Origin: Paraphysomonas bandaiensis
Taxonomy: Eukaryota > Protista > Chrysophyceae
Direction of reading: 5' to 3'
Length of the DNA stretch: 61,647 bases
NCBI GenBank assembly: GCA_965644295.1
Contig: CBFFRP010000669.1
Location: 1 to 61,647, forward strand
The notes under the pieces were generated by a model, which saw only the letters and a list, made by a program, of their open reading frames with translations, made no database searches and had not been told where the DNA came from. The position numbers were made by a program, and so were the translations under genes. This document shows, piece after piece, positions 10,590 to 24,550 of the stretch (its first letter is position 1; every line of letters starts with the position of its first letter).

Positions 10590-13500
10590 TTTTTATTATT
10601 TTGTGCTGTTTTTTGGGTATAAATTGAATATTTTTATTTTCTTTTTTTGCATATATTTTTTAAATTTTATTAAAAATTTCGTAAAAAATGTAAAAAACTT
10701 ATTTTTTTTAAGTTTTTTACATATATTTTTTCCATATTTTTTATATTTTTCGTTTTTTTGTGTGAAAAATTTTATAAAAAAATTGAAAATTGTATTTTTT
10801 TTAAAATTATTTTTTATAAAATTCAATTATTTTATTAAAAATTGTATTTTTTATAATTTTTTGCACATTTTTATTTTCTTTTTTTGCATATATTTTCTAA
10901 ATTTTGTTAAAAATTTTGTAAAAAATGTAAAAAATTTATTTATTTTAAAAATTTTGCATATATTTTTTCCATATTTTTTATATTTTTCGTTTTTTTGTGT
11001 GAAAAATTTCATAAAAAAATTGAAAATTGTATTTTTTTTAAAATTATTTTTTATAAAATTCAATTATTTTATTAAAAATTGTATTTTTTATAATTTTTTG
11101 CACATTTTTATTTTCTTTTTTTGCATATATTTTCTAAATTTTGTTAAAAATTTTGTAAAAAATGTAAAAAATTTATTTATTTTAAAAATTTTGCATATAT
11201 TTTTTCCATATTTTTTATATTTTTCGTTTTTTTGTGTGAAAAATTTCATAAAAAAATTGAAAATTGTATTTTTTTTAAAATTATTTTTTATAAAATTCAA
11301 TTATTTTATTAAAAATTGTATTTTTTATAATTTTTTGCACATTTTTCTTTTCTTTTTTTGCATATATTTTCTAAATTTTGTTAAAAATTTTGTAAAAAAT
11401 GTAAAAAATTTATTTATTTTAAAATTTTTGCATATATTTTTTCCATATTTTTTATATTTTTCGTTTTTTTGTGTGAAAAATTTCATAAAAAAATTGAAAA
11501 TTGTATTTTTTTTAAAATTATTTTTTATAAAATTCAATTATTTTATTAAAAATTGTATTTTTTATAATTTTTTGCACATTTTTCTTTTCTTTTTTTGCAT
11601 ATATTTTCTAAATTTTGTTAAAAATTTTGTAAAAAATGTAAAAAATTTATTTATTTTAAAAATTTTGCATATATTTTTTCCATATTTTTTATATTTTTCG
11701 TTTTTTTGTGTGAAAAATTTCATAAAAAAATTGAAAATTGTATTTTTTTTAAAATTATTTTTTATAAAATTCAATTATTTTATTAAAAATTGTATTTTTT
11801 ATAATTTTTTGCACATTTTTCTTTTCTTTTTTTGCATATATTTTCTAAATTTTGTTAAAAATCTTGTAAAAAATGTAAAAAATTTATTTATTTTAAAAAT
11901 TTTGCATATATTTTTTCCATATTTTTTATATTTTTCGTTTTTTTGTGTGAAAAATTTCATAAAAAAATTGAAAATTGTATTTTTTTTAAAATTATTTTTT
12001 ATAAAATTCAATTATTTTATTAAAAATTGTATTTTTTATAATTTTTTGCACATTTTTCTTTTCTTTTTTTGCATATATTTTCTAAATTTTGTTAAAAATT
12101 TTGTAAAAAATGTAAAAAATTTATTTATTTTAAAAATTTTGCATATATTTTTTTCATATTTTTTATATTTTTCGTTTTTTTGTGTGAAAAATTTATTTAT
12201 TTTAAATTTTTTGCATGTATTTTTTCCATGTTTTTTATATTTTTTATTTTTTTGTGTGAAAAAATTCATAAAAAAATTGAAAATTGTATTTTTTTAAAAA
12301 TTATTTTTTATAAATTTCAATTATTTTATTAAAAAATGTATTTTTTATAATTTTTTGCACATTTTTATTTTCTTTTTTTGCATATATTTTTTAAATTTTG
12401 TTAAAAATTTCGTAAAAAATGTAAAAAATTTATTTATTTTAAAAAATTTGCATATATTTTTTCCATATTTTTTATATTTTTCGTTTTTTTGTGTGAAAAA
12501 TTTCATAAAAAAATTGAAAATTGTATTTTTTTTAAAATTATTTTTTATAAAATTCAATTATTTTATTAAAAATTGTATTTTTTATAATTTTTTGCACATT
12601 TTTATTTTCTTTTTTTGCATATATTTTCTAAATTTTGTTAAAAATTTTGTAAAAAATGTAAAAAATTTATTTATTTTAAAAATTTTGCATATATTTTTTC
12701 CATATTTTTTATATTTTTCGTTTTTTTGTGTGAAAAATTTATTTATTTTAAATTTTTTGCATGTATTTTTTCCATGTTTTTTATATTTTTTATTTTTTTG
12801 TGTGAAAAAATTCATAAAAAAATTGAAAATTGTATTTTTTTTAAAATTGTTTTTTATAAATTTCAATTATTTTATTAAAAAATGTATTTTTTATAATTTT
12901 TTGCACATTTTTATTTTCTTTTTTTGCATATATTTTTTAAATTTTGTTAAAAATTTCGTAAAAAATGTAAAAAACTTATTTATTTTAAATTTTTTACATA
13001 TATTTTTTCCATATTTTTTATATTTTTCGTTTTTTTGTGTGAAAAATTTATTTATTTTAAATTTTTTGCATGTATTTTTTCCATGTTTTTTATATTTTTT
13101 ATTTTTTTGTGTGAAAAATTTCATAAAAAAATTGAAAATTGTATTTTTTTTAAAATTATTTTTTATAAATTTCAATTATTTTATTAAAAAATGTATTTTT
13201 TATAATTTTTTGCACATTTTTATTTTCTTTTTTTGCATATATTTTTTAAATTTTGTTAAAAATTTCGTAAAAAATGTAAAAAATTTATTTATTTTAAAAA
13301 ATTTGCATATATTTTTTCCATATTTTTTATATTTTTAGTTTTTTTGTGTTAAAAATTTCATAAAAAATGTAAAAAGTTTATTTATTTTAAAATTTGGGCA
13401 TGTATTTTTTCCATGTTTTTTATATTTTTTGTTTTTTTGTGTGAAAAATTTCATAAAAAAATTGAAAATTGTATTTTTTTTAAAATTATTTTTTATAAAT

Positions 13501-16500
13501 TTCAATTATTTTATTAAAAGTTGTATTTTTTATAATTTTTTGCACATTTTTATTTTCTTTTTTTGCATATATTTTTTAGATTTTGTTAAAAATTTTGTAA
13601 AAAATGTAAAAAATTTATTTATTTTAAAAATTTTGCATATATTTTTTCCATATTTTTTATATTTTTTGTTTTTTTGTGTGAAAAATATCATAAAAAAATT
13701 GAAAATTGTATTTTTTTTAAAATTATTTTTTATAAAATTCAATTATTTTATTAAAAATTGTATTTTTTATAATTTTTTGCACATTTTTATTTTCTTTTTT
13801 TGCATATATTTTCTAAATTCTGTTAAAAATTTTGTAAAAAATGTAAAAAATTTATTTATTTTAAAAATTTTGCATATATTTTTTCCATATTTTTTATATT
13901 TTTCGTTTTTTTGTGTGAAAAATTTCATAAAAAAATTGAAAATTGTATTTTTTTTAAAATTATTTTTTATAAAATTCAATTATTTTATTAAAAATTGTAT
14001 TTTTTATAATTTTTTGCACATTTTTATTTTCTTTTTTTGCATATATTTTCTAAATTTTGTTAAAAATTTTGTAAAAAATGTAAAAAATTTATTTATTTTA
14101 AAAATTTTGCATATATTTTTTCCATATTTTTTATATTTTTCGTTTTTTTGTGTGAAAAATTTCATAAAAAAATTGAAAATTGTATTTTTTATAATTTTTT
14201 GCACATTTTTCTTTTCTTTTTTTGCATATATTTTCTAAATTTTGTTAAAAATTTTGTAAAAAATGTAAAAAATTTATTTATTTTAAAATTTTTGCATATA
14301 TTTTTTCCATATTTTTTATATTTTTCGTTTTTTTGTGTGAAAAATTTCATAAAAAAATTGAAAATTGTATTTTTTTTAAAATTATTTTTTATAAAATTCA
14401 ATTATTTTATTAAAAATTGTATTTTTTATAATTTTTTGCACATTTTTCTTTTCTTTTTTTGCATATATTTTCTAAATTTTGTTAAAAATTTTGTAAAAAA
14501 TGTAAAAAATTTATTTATTTTAAAAATTTTGCATATATTTTTTTCATATTTTTTATATTTTTCGTTTTTTTGTGTGAAAAATTTATTTATTTTAAATTTT
14601 TTGCATGTATTTTTTCCATGTTTTTTATATTTTTTATTTTTTTGTGTGAAAAAATTCATAAAAAAATTGAAAATTGTATTTTTTTTAAAATTGTTTTTTA
14701 TAAATTTCAATTATTTTATTAAAAAATGTATTTTTTATAATTTTTTGCACATTTTTATTTTCTTTTTTTGCATATATTTTTTAAATTTTGTTAAAAATTT
14801 CGTAAAAAATGTAAAAAACTTATTTATTTTAAATTTTTTACATATATTTTTTCCATATTTTTTATATTTTTCGTTTTTTTGTGTGAAAAATTTATTTATT
14901 TTAAATTTTTTGCATGTATTTTTTCCATGTTTTTTATATTTTTTATTTTTTTGTGTGAAAAATTTCATAAAAAAATTGAAAATTGTATTTTTTTTAAAAT
15001 TATTTTTTATAAATTTCAATTATTTTATTAAAAAATGTATTTTTTATAATTTTTTGCACATTTTTATTTTCTTTTTTTGCATATATTTTTTAAATTTTGT
15101 TAAAAATTTCGTAAAAAATGTAAAAAATTTATTTATTTTAAAAAATTTGCATATATTTTTTCCATATTTTTTATATTTTTCGTTTTTTTGTGTGAAAAAT
15201 TTATTTATTTTAAATTTTTTGCATGTATTTTTTCCATGTTTTTTATATTTTTTATTTTTTTGTGTGAAAAATTTCATAAAAAAATTGAAAATTGTATTTT
15301 TTTTAAAATTATTTTTTATAAATTTCAATTATTTTATTAAAAAATGTATTTTTTATAATTTTTTGCACATTTTTATTTTCTTTTTTTGCATATATTTTTT
15401 AAATTTTGTTAAAAATTTCGTAAAAAATGTAAAAAATTTATTTATTTTAAAAAATTTGCATATATTTTTTCCATATTTTTTATATTTTTAGTTTTTTTGT
15501 GTGAAAAATTTCATAAAAAATGTAAAAAGTTTATTTATTTTAAAATTTGGGCATGTATTTTTTCCATGTTTTTTATATTTTTTGTTTTTTTGTGTGAAAA
15601 ATTTCATAAAAAAATTGAAAATTGTATTTTTTTTAAAATTATTTTTTATAAATTTCAATTATTTTATTAAAAGTTGTATTTTTTATAATTTTTTGCACAT
15701 TTTTATTTTCTTTTTTTGCATATATTTTTTAGATTTTGTTAAAAATTTTGTAAAAAATGTAAAAAATTTATTTATTTTAAAAATTTTGCATATATTTTTT
15801 CCATATTTTTTATATTTTTCGTTTTTTTGTGTGAAAAATTTCATAAAAAAATTGAAAATTGTATTTTTTTTAAAATTATTTTTTATAAAATTCAATTATT
15901 TTATTAAAAATTGTATTTTTTATAATTTTTTGCACATTTTTATTTTCTTTTTTTGCATATATTTTCTAAATTTTGTTAAAAATTTTGTAAAAAATGTAAA
16001 AAATTTATTTATTTTAAAAATTTTGCATATATTTTTTTCATATTTTTTATATTTTTCGTTTTTTTGTGTGAAAAATTTATTTATTTTAAATTTTTTGCAT
16101 GTATTTTTTCCATGTTTTTTATATTTTTTATTTTTTTGTGTGAAAAAATTCATAAAAAAATTGAAAATTGTATTTTTTTAAAAATTATTTTTTATAAATT
16201 TCAATTATTTTATTAAAAAATGTATTTTTTATAATTTTTTGCACATTTTTATTTTCTTTTTTTGCATATATTTTTTAAATTTTGTTAAAAATTTCGTAAA
16301 AAATGTAAAAAATTTATTTATTTTAAAAAATTTGCATATATTTTTTCCATATTTTTTATATTTTTCGTTTTTTTGTGTGAAAAATTTCATAAAAAAATTG
16401 AAAATTGTATTTTTTTTAAAATTATTTTTTATAAAATTCAATTATTTTATTAAAAATTGTATTTTTTATAATTTTTTGCACATTTTTATTTTCTTTTTTT

Positions 16501-19500
16501 GCATATATTTTTTAAATTTTGTTAAAAATTTCGTAAAAAATGTAAAAAACTTATTTATTTTAAATTTTTTACATATATTTTTTCCATATTTTTTATATTT
16601 TTCGTTTTTTTGTGTGAAAAATTTATTTATTTTAAATTTTTTGCATGTATTTTTTCCATGTTTTTTATATTTTTTATTTTTTTGTGTGAAAAATTTCATA
16701 AAAAAATTGAAAATTGTATTTTTTTTAAAATTATTTTTTATAAATTTCAATTATTTTATTAAAAAATGTAAAAAGTTTATTTATTTTAAAATTTGGGCAT
16801 GTATTTTTTCCATGTTTTTTATATTTTTAGTTTTTTTGTGTGAAAAATTTCATAAAAAATGTAAAAAGTTTATTTATTTTAAATTTTTGGCATGTATTTT
16901 TTTCATATTTTTTATATTTTTTGTTTTTTGTGTAAAAAATTTCATAAAAAAATTGAAAATTGTATTTTTTTAAAAATTATTTTTTATAAAATTCAATTAT
17001 TTTATTAAAAGTTGTATTTTTTATAATTTTTTGCACATTTTTATTTTCTTTTTTTGCATATATTTTTTAAATTTTGTTAAAAATTTCGTAAAAAATATAA
17101 AAAATTTATTTATTTTAAAAATTTGGCATGTATTTTTTCCATATTTTTTATATTTTTTGTTTTTTGTGTAAAAAATTTCATAAAAAAATTGAAAATTGTA
17201 TTTTTTTAAAAATTATTTTTTATAAAATTCAATTATTTTATTAAAAGTTGTATTTTTTATAATTTTTTGCACATTTTTATTTTCTTTTTTTGCATATATT
17301 TTTTAAATTTTGTTAAAAATTTCGTAAAAAATGTAAAAAATTTATTTATTTTTAAAAATTTACATATATTTTTTCCATATTTTTTATATTTTTCGTTTTT
17401 TTGTGTGAAAAATTTCATAAAAAATGTAAAAAGTTTATTTATTTTAAATTTTGGGTATGTATTTTTTCTATGTTTTTTATATTTTTTGTTTTTTTGTGTG
17501 AAAAATATCATAAAAAAATTGAAAATTGTATTTTTTTAAAAATTATTTTTTATAAATTTCAATTATTTTATTAAAAATTGTATTTTTTATAATTTTTTGT
17601 ATATTTTTATTTTCTTTTTTTGCATATATTTTTTAAATTTTGTTAAAAATTTCGTAAAAAATGTAAAAAATTTATTTATTTTAAATTTTTTGCATGTATT
17701 TTTTCCATGTTTTTTATATTTTTTGTTTTTTTGTGTAAAAAATTTCATAAAAAAATTAAAAATTATATTTTTTTTAAAATTATTTTTTATAAATTTTAAT
17801 TATTTTATTAAAAATTGTATTTTTTATAATTTGTTGCACATTTTTATTTTCTTTTTTTGCATATATTTTTTAAATTTTGTTAAAAATTTCGTAAAAAGTG
17901 TAAAAAACTTATTTATTTTAAAAATTTTGCATATATTTTTATAAAAAATTTTTATATTTTTTGTTTTTTTGTGTAAAAAATTTCATAAAAAATGTAAAAA
18001 GTTTATTTATTTTAAATTTTTTGCATGTATTTTTTCCATGTTTTTTATATTTTTTGTTTTTTTGTGTGAAAAATTTCATAAAAAAGTTAAAAATTATTTT
18101 TTTTTTAAAATTATTTTTTATAAATTTTAATTATTTTATTAAAAGTTGTATTTTTTATAATTTGTTGCACATTTTTATTTTCTTTTTTTGCATATATTTT
18201 TTAAATTTTGTTAAAAATTTCGTAAAAAATGTAAAAAATTTATTTATTTTAAAAAATTTGCATATATTTTTTCAATAATTTTTATATTTTTTGTTTTTTT
18301 GTGTAAAAAATTTCATAAAAAAATTGAAAATTATATTTTTTTAAAAATTATTTTTTATAAATTTCAATTATTTTATTAAAAAATGTATTTTTTATAATTT
18401 TTTGCATATTTTTATTTTCTTTTTTTGCATATATTTTTTAAATTTTGTTAAAAATTTCGTAAAAAATGTAAAAAATTTATTTATTTTAAATTTTTTGCAT
18501 GTATTTTTTCCATGTTTTTTATATTTTTTGTTTTTTTGTGTAAAAAATTTCAATTATTTTATTAAAAATTGTATCTTTTATAATTTTTTGCATATTTTTA
18601 TTTTCTTTTTTTGCATATATTTTTTAAATTTTGTTAAAACTTTCGTAAAAAATGTAAAAAATTTATTTATTTTAAATTTTTTGCATGTATTTTTTCCATG
18701 TTTTTTATATTTTTTGTTTTTTTGTGTGAAAAATTTCATAAAAAAATTAAAAATTATATTTTTTTTAAAATTATTTTTTATAAATTTTAATTATTTTATT
18801 AAAAATTGTATTTTTTATAATTTGTTGCATATTTTAATTTTCTTTTTTTGCATATATTTTTTAAATTTTGTTAAAAATTTCGTAAAAAATGTAAAAAATT
18901 TATTTATTTTAAAAATTTTGCATATATTTTTTCAATAATTTTTATATTTTTTGTTTTTTTGTGTAAAAAATTTCATAAAAAAATTGAAAATTATATTTTT
19001 TTAAAAATTATTTTTTATAAATTTCAATTATTTTTTATAAATTTCAATTATTTTATTAAAAATTGTATTTTTTATAATTTTTTGCACATTTTTATTTTCT
19101 TTTTATGCATATATTTTTTAAATTTTGTTAAAATTTTTGTAAAAAATGTAAAAAGTTTATTTATTTTAAAAATTTTGCATATATTTTTTCCATATTTTTT
19201 ATATTTTTCGTTTTTTTGTATGAAAAATTTCATAAAAAATGTAAAAAGTTTATTTATTTTAAATTTTTTGCATGTATTTTTTCCATGTTTTTTATATTTT
19301 TTGTTTTTTTGTGTGAAAAATTTCATAAAAAAGTTAAAAATTATTTTTTTTTTAAAATTATTTTTTATAAATTTTAATTATTTTATTAAAAGTTGTATTT
19401 TTTATAATTTGTTGCACATTTTTATTTTCTTTTTTTGCATATATTTTTTAAATTTTGTTAAAAATTTCGTAAAAAATGTAAAAAATTTATTTATTTTAAA

Positions 19501-21700
19501 AAATTTGCATATATTTTTTCAATAATTTTTATATTTTTTGTTTTTTTGTGTAAAAAATTTCATAAAAAAATTGAAAATTATATTTTTTTAAAAATTATTT
19601 TTTATAAATTTCAATTATTTTATTACAAAATGTATTTTTTATAATTTTTTGCATATTTTTATTTTCTTTTTTTGCATATATTTTTTAAATTTTGTTAAAA
19701 ATTTCGTAAAAAATGTAAAAAATTTATTTATTTTAAATTTTTTGCATGTATTTTTTCCATGTTTTTTATATTTTTTGTTTTTTTGTGTAAAAAATTTCAA
19801 TTATTTTATTAAAAATTGTATTTTTTATAATTTTTTGCATATTTTTATTTTCTTTTTTTGCATATATTTTTTCCATATTTTTTATATTTTTCGTTTTTTT
19901 GTGTGAAAAATTTCATAAAAAATGTAAAAAGTTTATTTATTTTAAATTTTTTGCATGTATTTTTTCCATGTTTTTTATATTTTTTGTTTTTTTGTGTGAA
20001 AAATGTCATAAAAAAATTAAAAATTATATTTTTTTTAAAATTATTTTTTATAAATTTTAATTATTTTATTAAAAATTGTATTTTTTATAATTTGTTGCAT
20101 ATTTTAATTTTCTTTTTTTGCATATATTTTTTAAATTTTGTTAAAAATTTCGTAAAAAATGTAAAAAATTTATTTATTTTAAAAATTTTGCATATATTTT
20201 TTCAATAATTTTTATATTTTTTGTTTATAGGGTATAAAAAAGAGTAAAATTAATATTTTTATATAAAACAGATATGAGTCTAGTTTACTTTACTTTAAAG
20301 AACTTAATGCTTGTATTAAGGCTTTTATTTTGTGTAAGTTTTTTAAATTTTGTTAAAAATGTTGTAAAAAATGTAAAAAATTTATTTATTTTAAAAATTT
20401 TGCATATATTTTTTCAATAATTTTTATATTTTTTGTTTTTTTGTGTAAAAAATTTCATAAAAAAATTGAAAATTATATTTTTTTAAAAATTATTTTTTAT
20501 AAATTTCAATTATTTTTTATAAATTTCAATTATTTTATTAAAAATTGTATTTTTTATAAATTTTTGCACATTTTTATTTTCTTTTTATGTATATATTTTT
20601 TAAATTTTGTTAAAATTTTTGTAAAAAATGTAAAAAATTTATTTATTTTTAAATTTTGTTATATATATATTATTTTTTTGTGTGAAAAATTTCATAAAAA
20701 ATGTAAAAAGTTTATTTATTTTAAATTTTTTGCATGTATTTTTTCCATGTTTTTTATATTTTTTGTTTTTTTGTGTGAAAAATTTCATAAAAAAATTAAA
20801 AATTATATTTTTTTTAAAATTATTTTTTATAAATTTTAATTATTTTATTAAAAATTGTATTTTTTATAATTTTTTGCACATTTTTATTTTCTTTTTATGC
20901 ATATATTTTTTAAATTTTGTTAAAATTTTTGTAAAAAATGTAAAAAGTTTATTTATTTTTAAATTTTGTTATATATATATTGTTTTTTTGTGTGAAAAAT
21001 TTCATAAAAAAATTGAAAATTATATATTTTTTAAAATTATTTTTCATAAATTTTAATTATTTTATTAAAAATTCTATTTTTTCTAAATTGTTGCAGATTT
21101 TTTCTTTTCTTTTTATGCGTATGTTTTTTAAATTTTGTTAAAAATGTTGTAAAAAATGTAAAAAGTTTATATTTTCCCATAAATTTTTTCCATATTTTTT
21201 ATATTTTTCATTTTTTTATGTGAAAAATTTCATAAAAAATTTGAAAATTGTATTTTTTTTAAAATTATTTTTTATAAATTTTAATTATTTTATTAAAAAT
21301 TGTATTTTTTATAAAATTTGGCACATTTTTATTTTCTTTTTTTGTATATATTTTTTAAATTTTGTTAAAATTTTCGTAAAAAATGTAAAAAATTTACTTA
21401 TTTTTAAAAATTTGCATATATTTTTTCAAGAATTTTTATATTTTTTGTTTATAGGGTATAAAAAAGAGTAAAATTAATATTTTTATATAAAACAGATATG
21501 AGTCTAGTTTACCTTACTTTAAAGAACTTAATGCTTATATTAAGGCTTTTATTTTGTGTAAGTTTTTTAAATTTTGTTAAAAATGTTGTAAAAAATGTAA
21601 AAAGTTTATTTATTTTTAAATTTTGTCATATATTTTTCCATATTTTTTATATTTTCTGTTAAGTTTAAAAATAAGTTTATTATTTTTGGTAAATTTTTTT
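10590..21700 (+). repeat. ~11-kb satellite of 237-bp units with 309-bp variants, degenerating rightwards
   Basis: ORF-track spacing is 237 bp (10851, 11088, 11325, 11562, 11799, 12036) and 309 bp (12582 to 12891; 14426, 14735, 15044). Confidence 0.96.
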
Positions 21701-22438
21701 AATTGTGTTTTTATTTTTGTAAAAAATATTAAAGCATGTATTTTTTTAAAAATTGTATTAAATAAATTTTAATTATTTTATTAAATTTGTATTTTTCTAA
21801 TTTTTTATACAGTTTTACTTTATTTTTTTTGCATAAATTTATTACATTCTGTTAATTTTAATTTTTTTTGTTAAAATTTTCTTGAAAAATGTGAAAATTA
21901 TATATTTTTAAAGCTTGGGTTGCATATTTTTTATATTGTATGTTATTTTTCTAATATAAATTTTCTATTTTGGTTTTAAAAATTTTATAAAAAGATTAAG
22001 AATTGTATTTATACAACATTTGTTGAATATATTTTTTGTATTTTGCTCTAAAAAGAATATCTTTTATATGAAAAAATCTAATAAAAAATTGGAAGATTGT
22101 ATTTTTTAAAATTTTTTGTGTATATTTTTTATATTTTTAGTTTTTAGGGTATAAAAAAGAATAACATTAATATTTTTATATAAAACAGATATAAGTCTAG
22201 TTTCACCTACGTTAAAGAACTTAATGTGGGTATTAAGGCTTTTATTTTGTGTAAGTTTTTTAAATTTATTACCTTTTTAATTTTTACTAAAAATTAGGGC
22301 TCCATTTAGTTAAATGAACTTAATAAATAAACTAATAAAGGTTTATTTACATATATTTAATAGTTAAATTTCTTTGAAATTATAAAAATAAATTAAAGCG
22401 TTTAAAAACTGCTTTTAATATAATTTATAATATATGTG

Positions 22439-22510
22439 CAGAAAAAAAAGGACTTGAACCTTTAATTTTAGTTTTGGAGACCAATGTTTTACCAATTAAA
22501 CTATTTTTCT
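22439..22510 (-). tRNA. trnW: tRNA-Trp(CCA)
   Basis: Cloverleaf with anticodon loop CTCCAAA and T-loop GGTTCAAGTCC. Confidence 0.93.
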
Positions 22511-22513
22511 TTT

Positions 22514-22586
22514 TAGACTTAAAAGGATTCGAACCTTTATTTTGACCGTTATGAGCAGTATGTTTTAACCATTAAACTATAAGTCT
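22514..22586 (-). tRNA. trnI: tRNA with CAU anticodon, Ile (lysidine) type
   Basis: Loop CTCATAA. The body (AGACTTATAGTTTAATGGTTAAAACATACTGCTCATAACGGT) resembles mitochondrial trnI(CAU) rather than trnM. Confidence 0.78.
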
Positions 22587-22628
22587 TTTAATTGTAATAT
22601 ATTACAATACTAATTAGTTTTGAAAACA

Positions 22629-24503
22629 CTAATAAAAAATTTGAGGCAACACTTTTACAATATCATTAGAAGAATAGGCTATATTATTTGTATTTTTTGA
22701 AATTGTTGTGGGGCCAACAAATTCTAATAGTCCTCTTTCTAAGTTATTATAAAGGTAAGTTTGACTAAAATTAAGTATTGTTGTCGAAATTGATTCATTT
22801 ATGAATCTGTCTGCGTACCATTTTTTAATTAAAAAAAAATAAAAAGTTTTAAACAACTTAAATTTTTTTAATTTTATTAATAATTTTTTTTCTAAAATAT
22901 ACATAAAAATTGAAAAACTAATACCTGTAAATGTAATTAGTAAAGGTAAGAATTTAAAAGGCCAATATATAAATTCAATATCAATATTATTATTAGTATT
23001 AAGATTAAAAAAAAAAGAAGTACCAAAAAAAGAGGTTCCAACTCCTGCAAATAAATCAATACAAACATAACCAGCAAGAATACTTATAAAAGTTAAAACT
23101 ACAAGGGGTAAAAGAATTTTCCAACCATTTTCTTGTGTATTTTTTATAAAATATCGAGATGCGTTATTTTCTGAAATGAAAATTAAAATTAAAGTTCGTG
23201 TGGAGTATGCAGAAGTAAAAAAAATTGAAATAATACCTAATAAATAAGCAAAACAACCATTAGTTGAGTAGGTTACAAGAGCTAACTCTAATATTAGATC
23301 TTTTGTAAAAAAACCACTTAAAAACGGAGTACCGATTAAATTTAAAGATCCAATTAAAAAACAAATATATGTTATTGGTAAATAACGTAAAAACCCCCCT
23401 AATTTTCTAGTGTCTTGTTCATCAAAAGCAGCGTGAATTATTGCACCTGCGGCTAAAAATAATAAAGCTTTAAAAAATGCATGAGTTACCAAATGAAAAA
23501 AAGCAGCATTATAACGACCTAATCCACAAGCGAGCATCATATAACCTAATTGGCTGCATGTAGAAAAGGCAATTACTCTTTTTAAATCATGAAAAAATAA
23601 GCCCGTAGTTGCACCAAAAAGCGCAGTTATTGATCCAACTACAGTAATAAAATTTAAAGCAATTGGGGACAATTCAAATAAATAAGAACAACGCATTAAT
23701 AAAAATACTCCTGCTGTAACCATTGTAGCTGCATGAATTAATGCAGAAACTGGAGTAGGACCCTCCATAGCATCAGGCAACCAGTTATGAAACCCTAATT
23801 GTGCCGATTTACCCATGGCTCCTAAAAAAAGAAAAATACAAATAAAGTCAACACTTGAAATAAATTTATTTCCTAAAGTAATATCAAAGTTTAATATTAA
23901 AGGTGTGATAGAAAATATTATATTATAATCAAAAGTTTCAAAAATTAAATATATAGAGAATAAAGCTAGTAACATTAATAAATCCGCAACTCTATTAAAC
24001 AGCATTGCTTTAATAGCAGCTTTATTGGCTTGAATACGAGTAAACCAAAAATTTATTAGTAAATAAGAAGATAACCCAACACCCTCCCATCCTACAAACA
24101 TTTGTACAAAATTACTACCAGTAATTAAAACTAGCATAAAAAAAGTAAATAAAGACAAATAACACATAAATCTTTGTAAATGTGGGTCATAAGCCATATA
24201 TTCGCTTGCATATAAATGTACTAATGTAGATATAAACGTTACTATAATTGCCATAAATAGTGTTAAGTTATCACAATAAAATTCCCATTTAATTTCTAAA
24301 AAATCAGATACTATCCAAACAGATAAAGGTAATAAGCTGATTTTATTTAAAAAAAAATTATTTATTAAAGTGATAAGCGACAAGATACATGAAAATCCTA
24401 TATTAAATGTAGTAAAAACTACAACGCCTTTTCCCATATAACGACCAAATAAACTTCCTCCTAAGAATCCTAAAAACGGCAACCATACAATTAGCCATAG
24501 CAT
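22629..24503 (-). CDS. nad5: NADH dehydrogenase subunit 5
   Basis: Motifs GWEGVGLSSYLLINFW and WLPDAMEGPTPVSALIHAATMV. Confidence 0.98.
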   Translation of the reverse strand: MLWLIVWLPFLGFLGGSLFGRYMGKGVVVFTTFNIGFSCILSLITLINNFFLNKISLLPLSVWIVSDFLEIKWEFYCDNLTLFMAIIVTFISTLVHLYASEYMAYDPHLQRFMCYLSLFTFFMLVLITGSNFVQMFVGWEGVGLSSYLLINFWFTRIQANKAAIKAMLFNRVADLLMLLALFSIYLIFETFDYNIIFSITPLILNFDITLGNKFISSVDFICIFLFLGAMGKSAQLGFHNWLPDAMEGPTPVSALIHAATMVTAGVFLLMRCSYLFELSPIALNFITVVGSITALFGATTGLFFHDLKRVIAFSTCSQLGYMMLACGLGRYNAAFFHLVTHAFFKALLFLAAGAIIHAAFDEQDTRKLGGFLRYLPITYICFLIGSLNLIGTPFLSGFFTKDLILELALVTYSTNGCFAYLLGIISIFFTSAYSTRTLILIFISENNASRYFIKNTQENGWKILLPLVVLTFISILAGYVCIDLFAGVGTSFFGTSFFFNLNTNNNIDIEFIYWPFKFLPLLITFTGISFSIFMYILEKKLLIKLKKFKLFKTFYFFLIKKWYADRFINESISTTILNFSQTYLYNNLERGLLEFVGPTTISKNTNNIAYSSNDIVKVLPQIFY

Positions 24504-24550
24504 AAAAAAAAAGTTATAAATTTTATTAAATAATAAATAAAAAAGCCTTT

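Noticed and set aside
10596-19326. Repeated 66-94 aa K/F/N-rich minus-strand ORFs
   Set aside because: They are mirror translations of the satellite unit with no evidence of coding.
1-22300. Repeat arrays as CRISPR
   Set aside because: There are no unique spacers between identical repeats and no cas genes, and the context is organellar.
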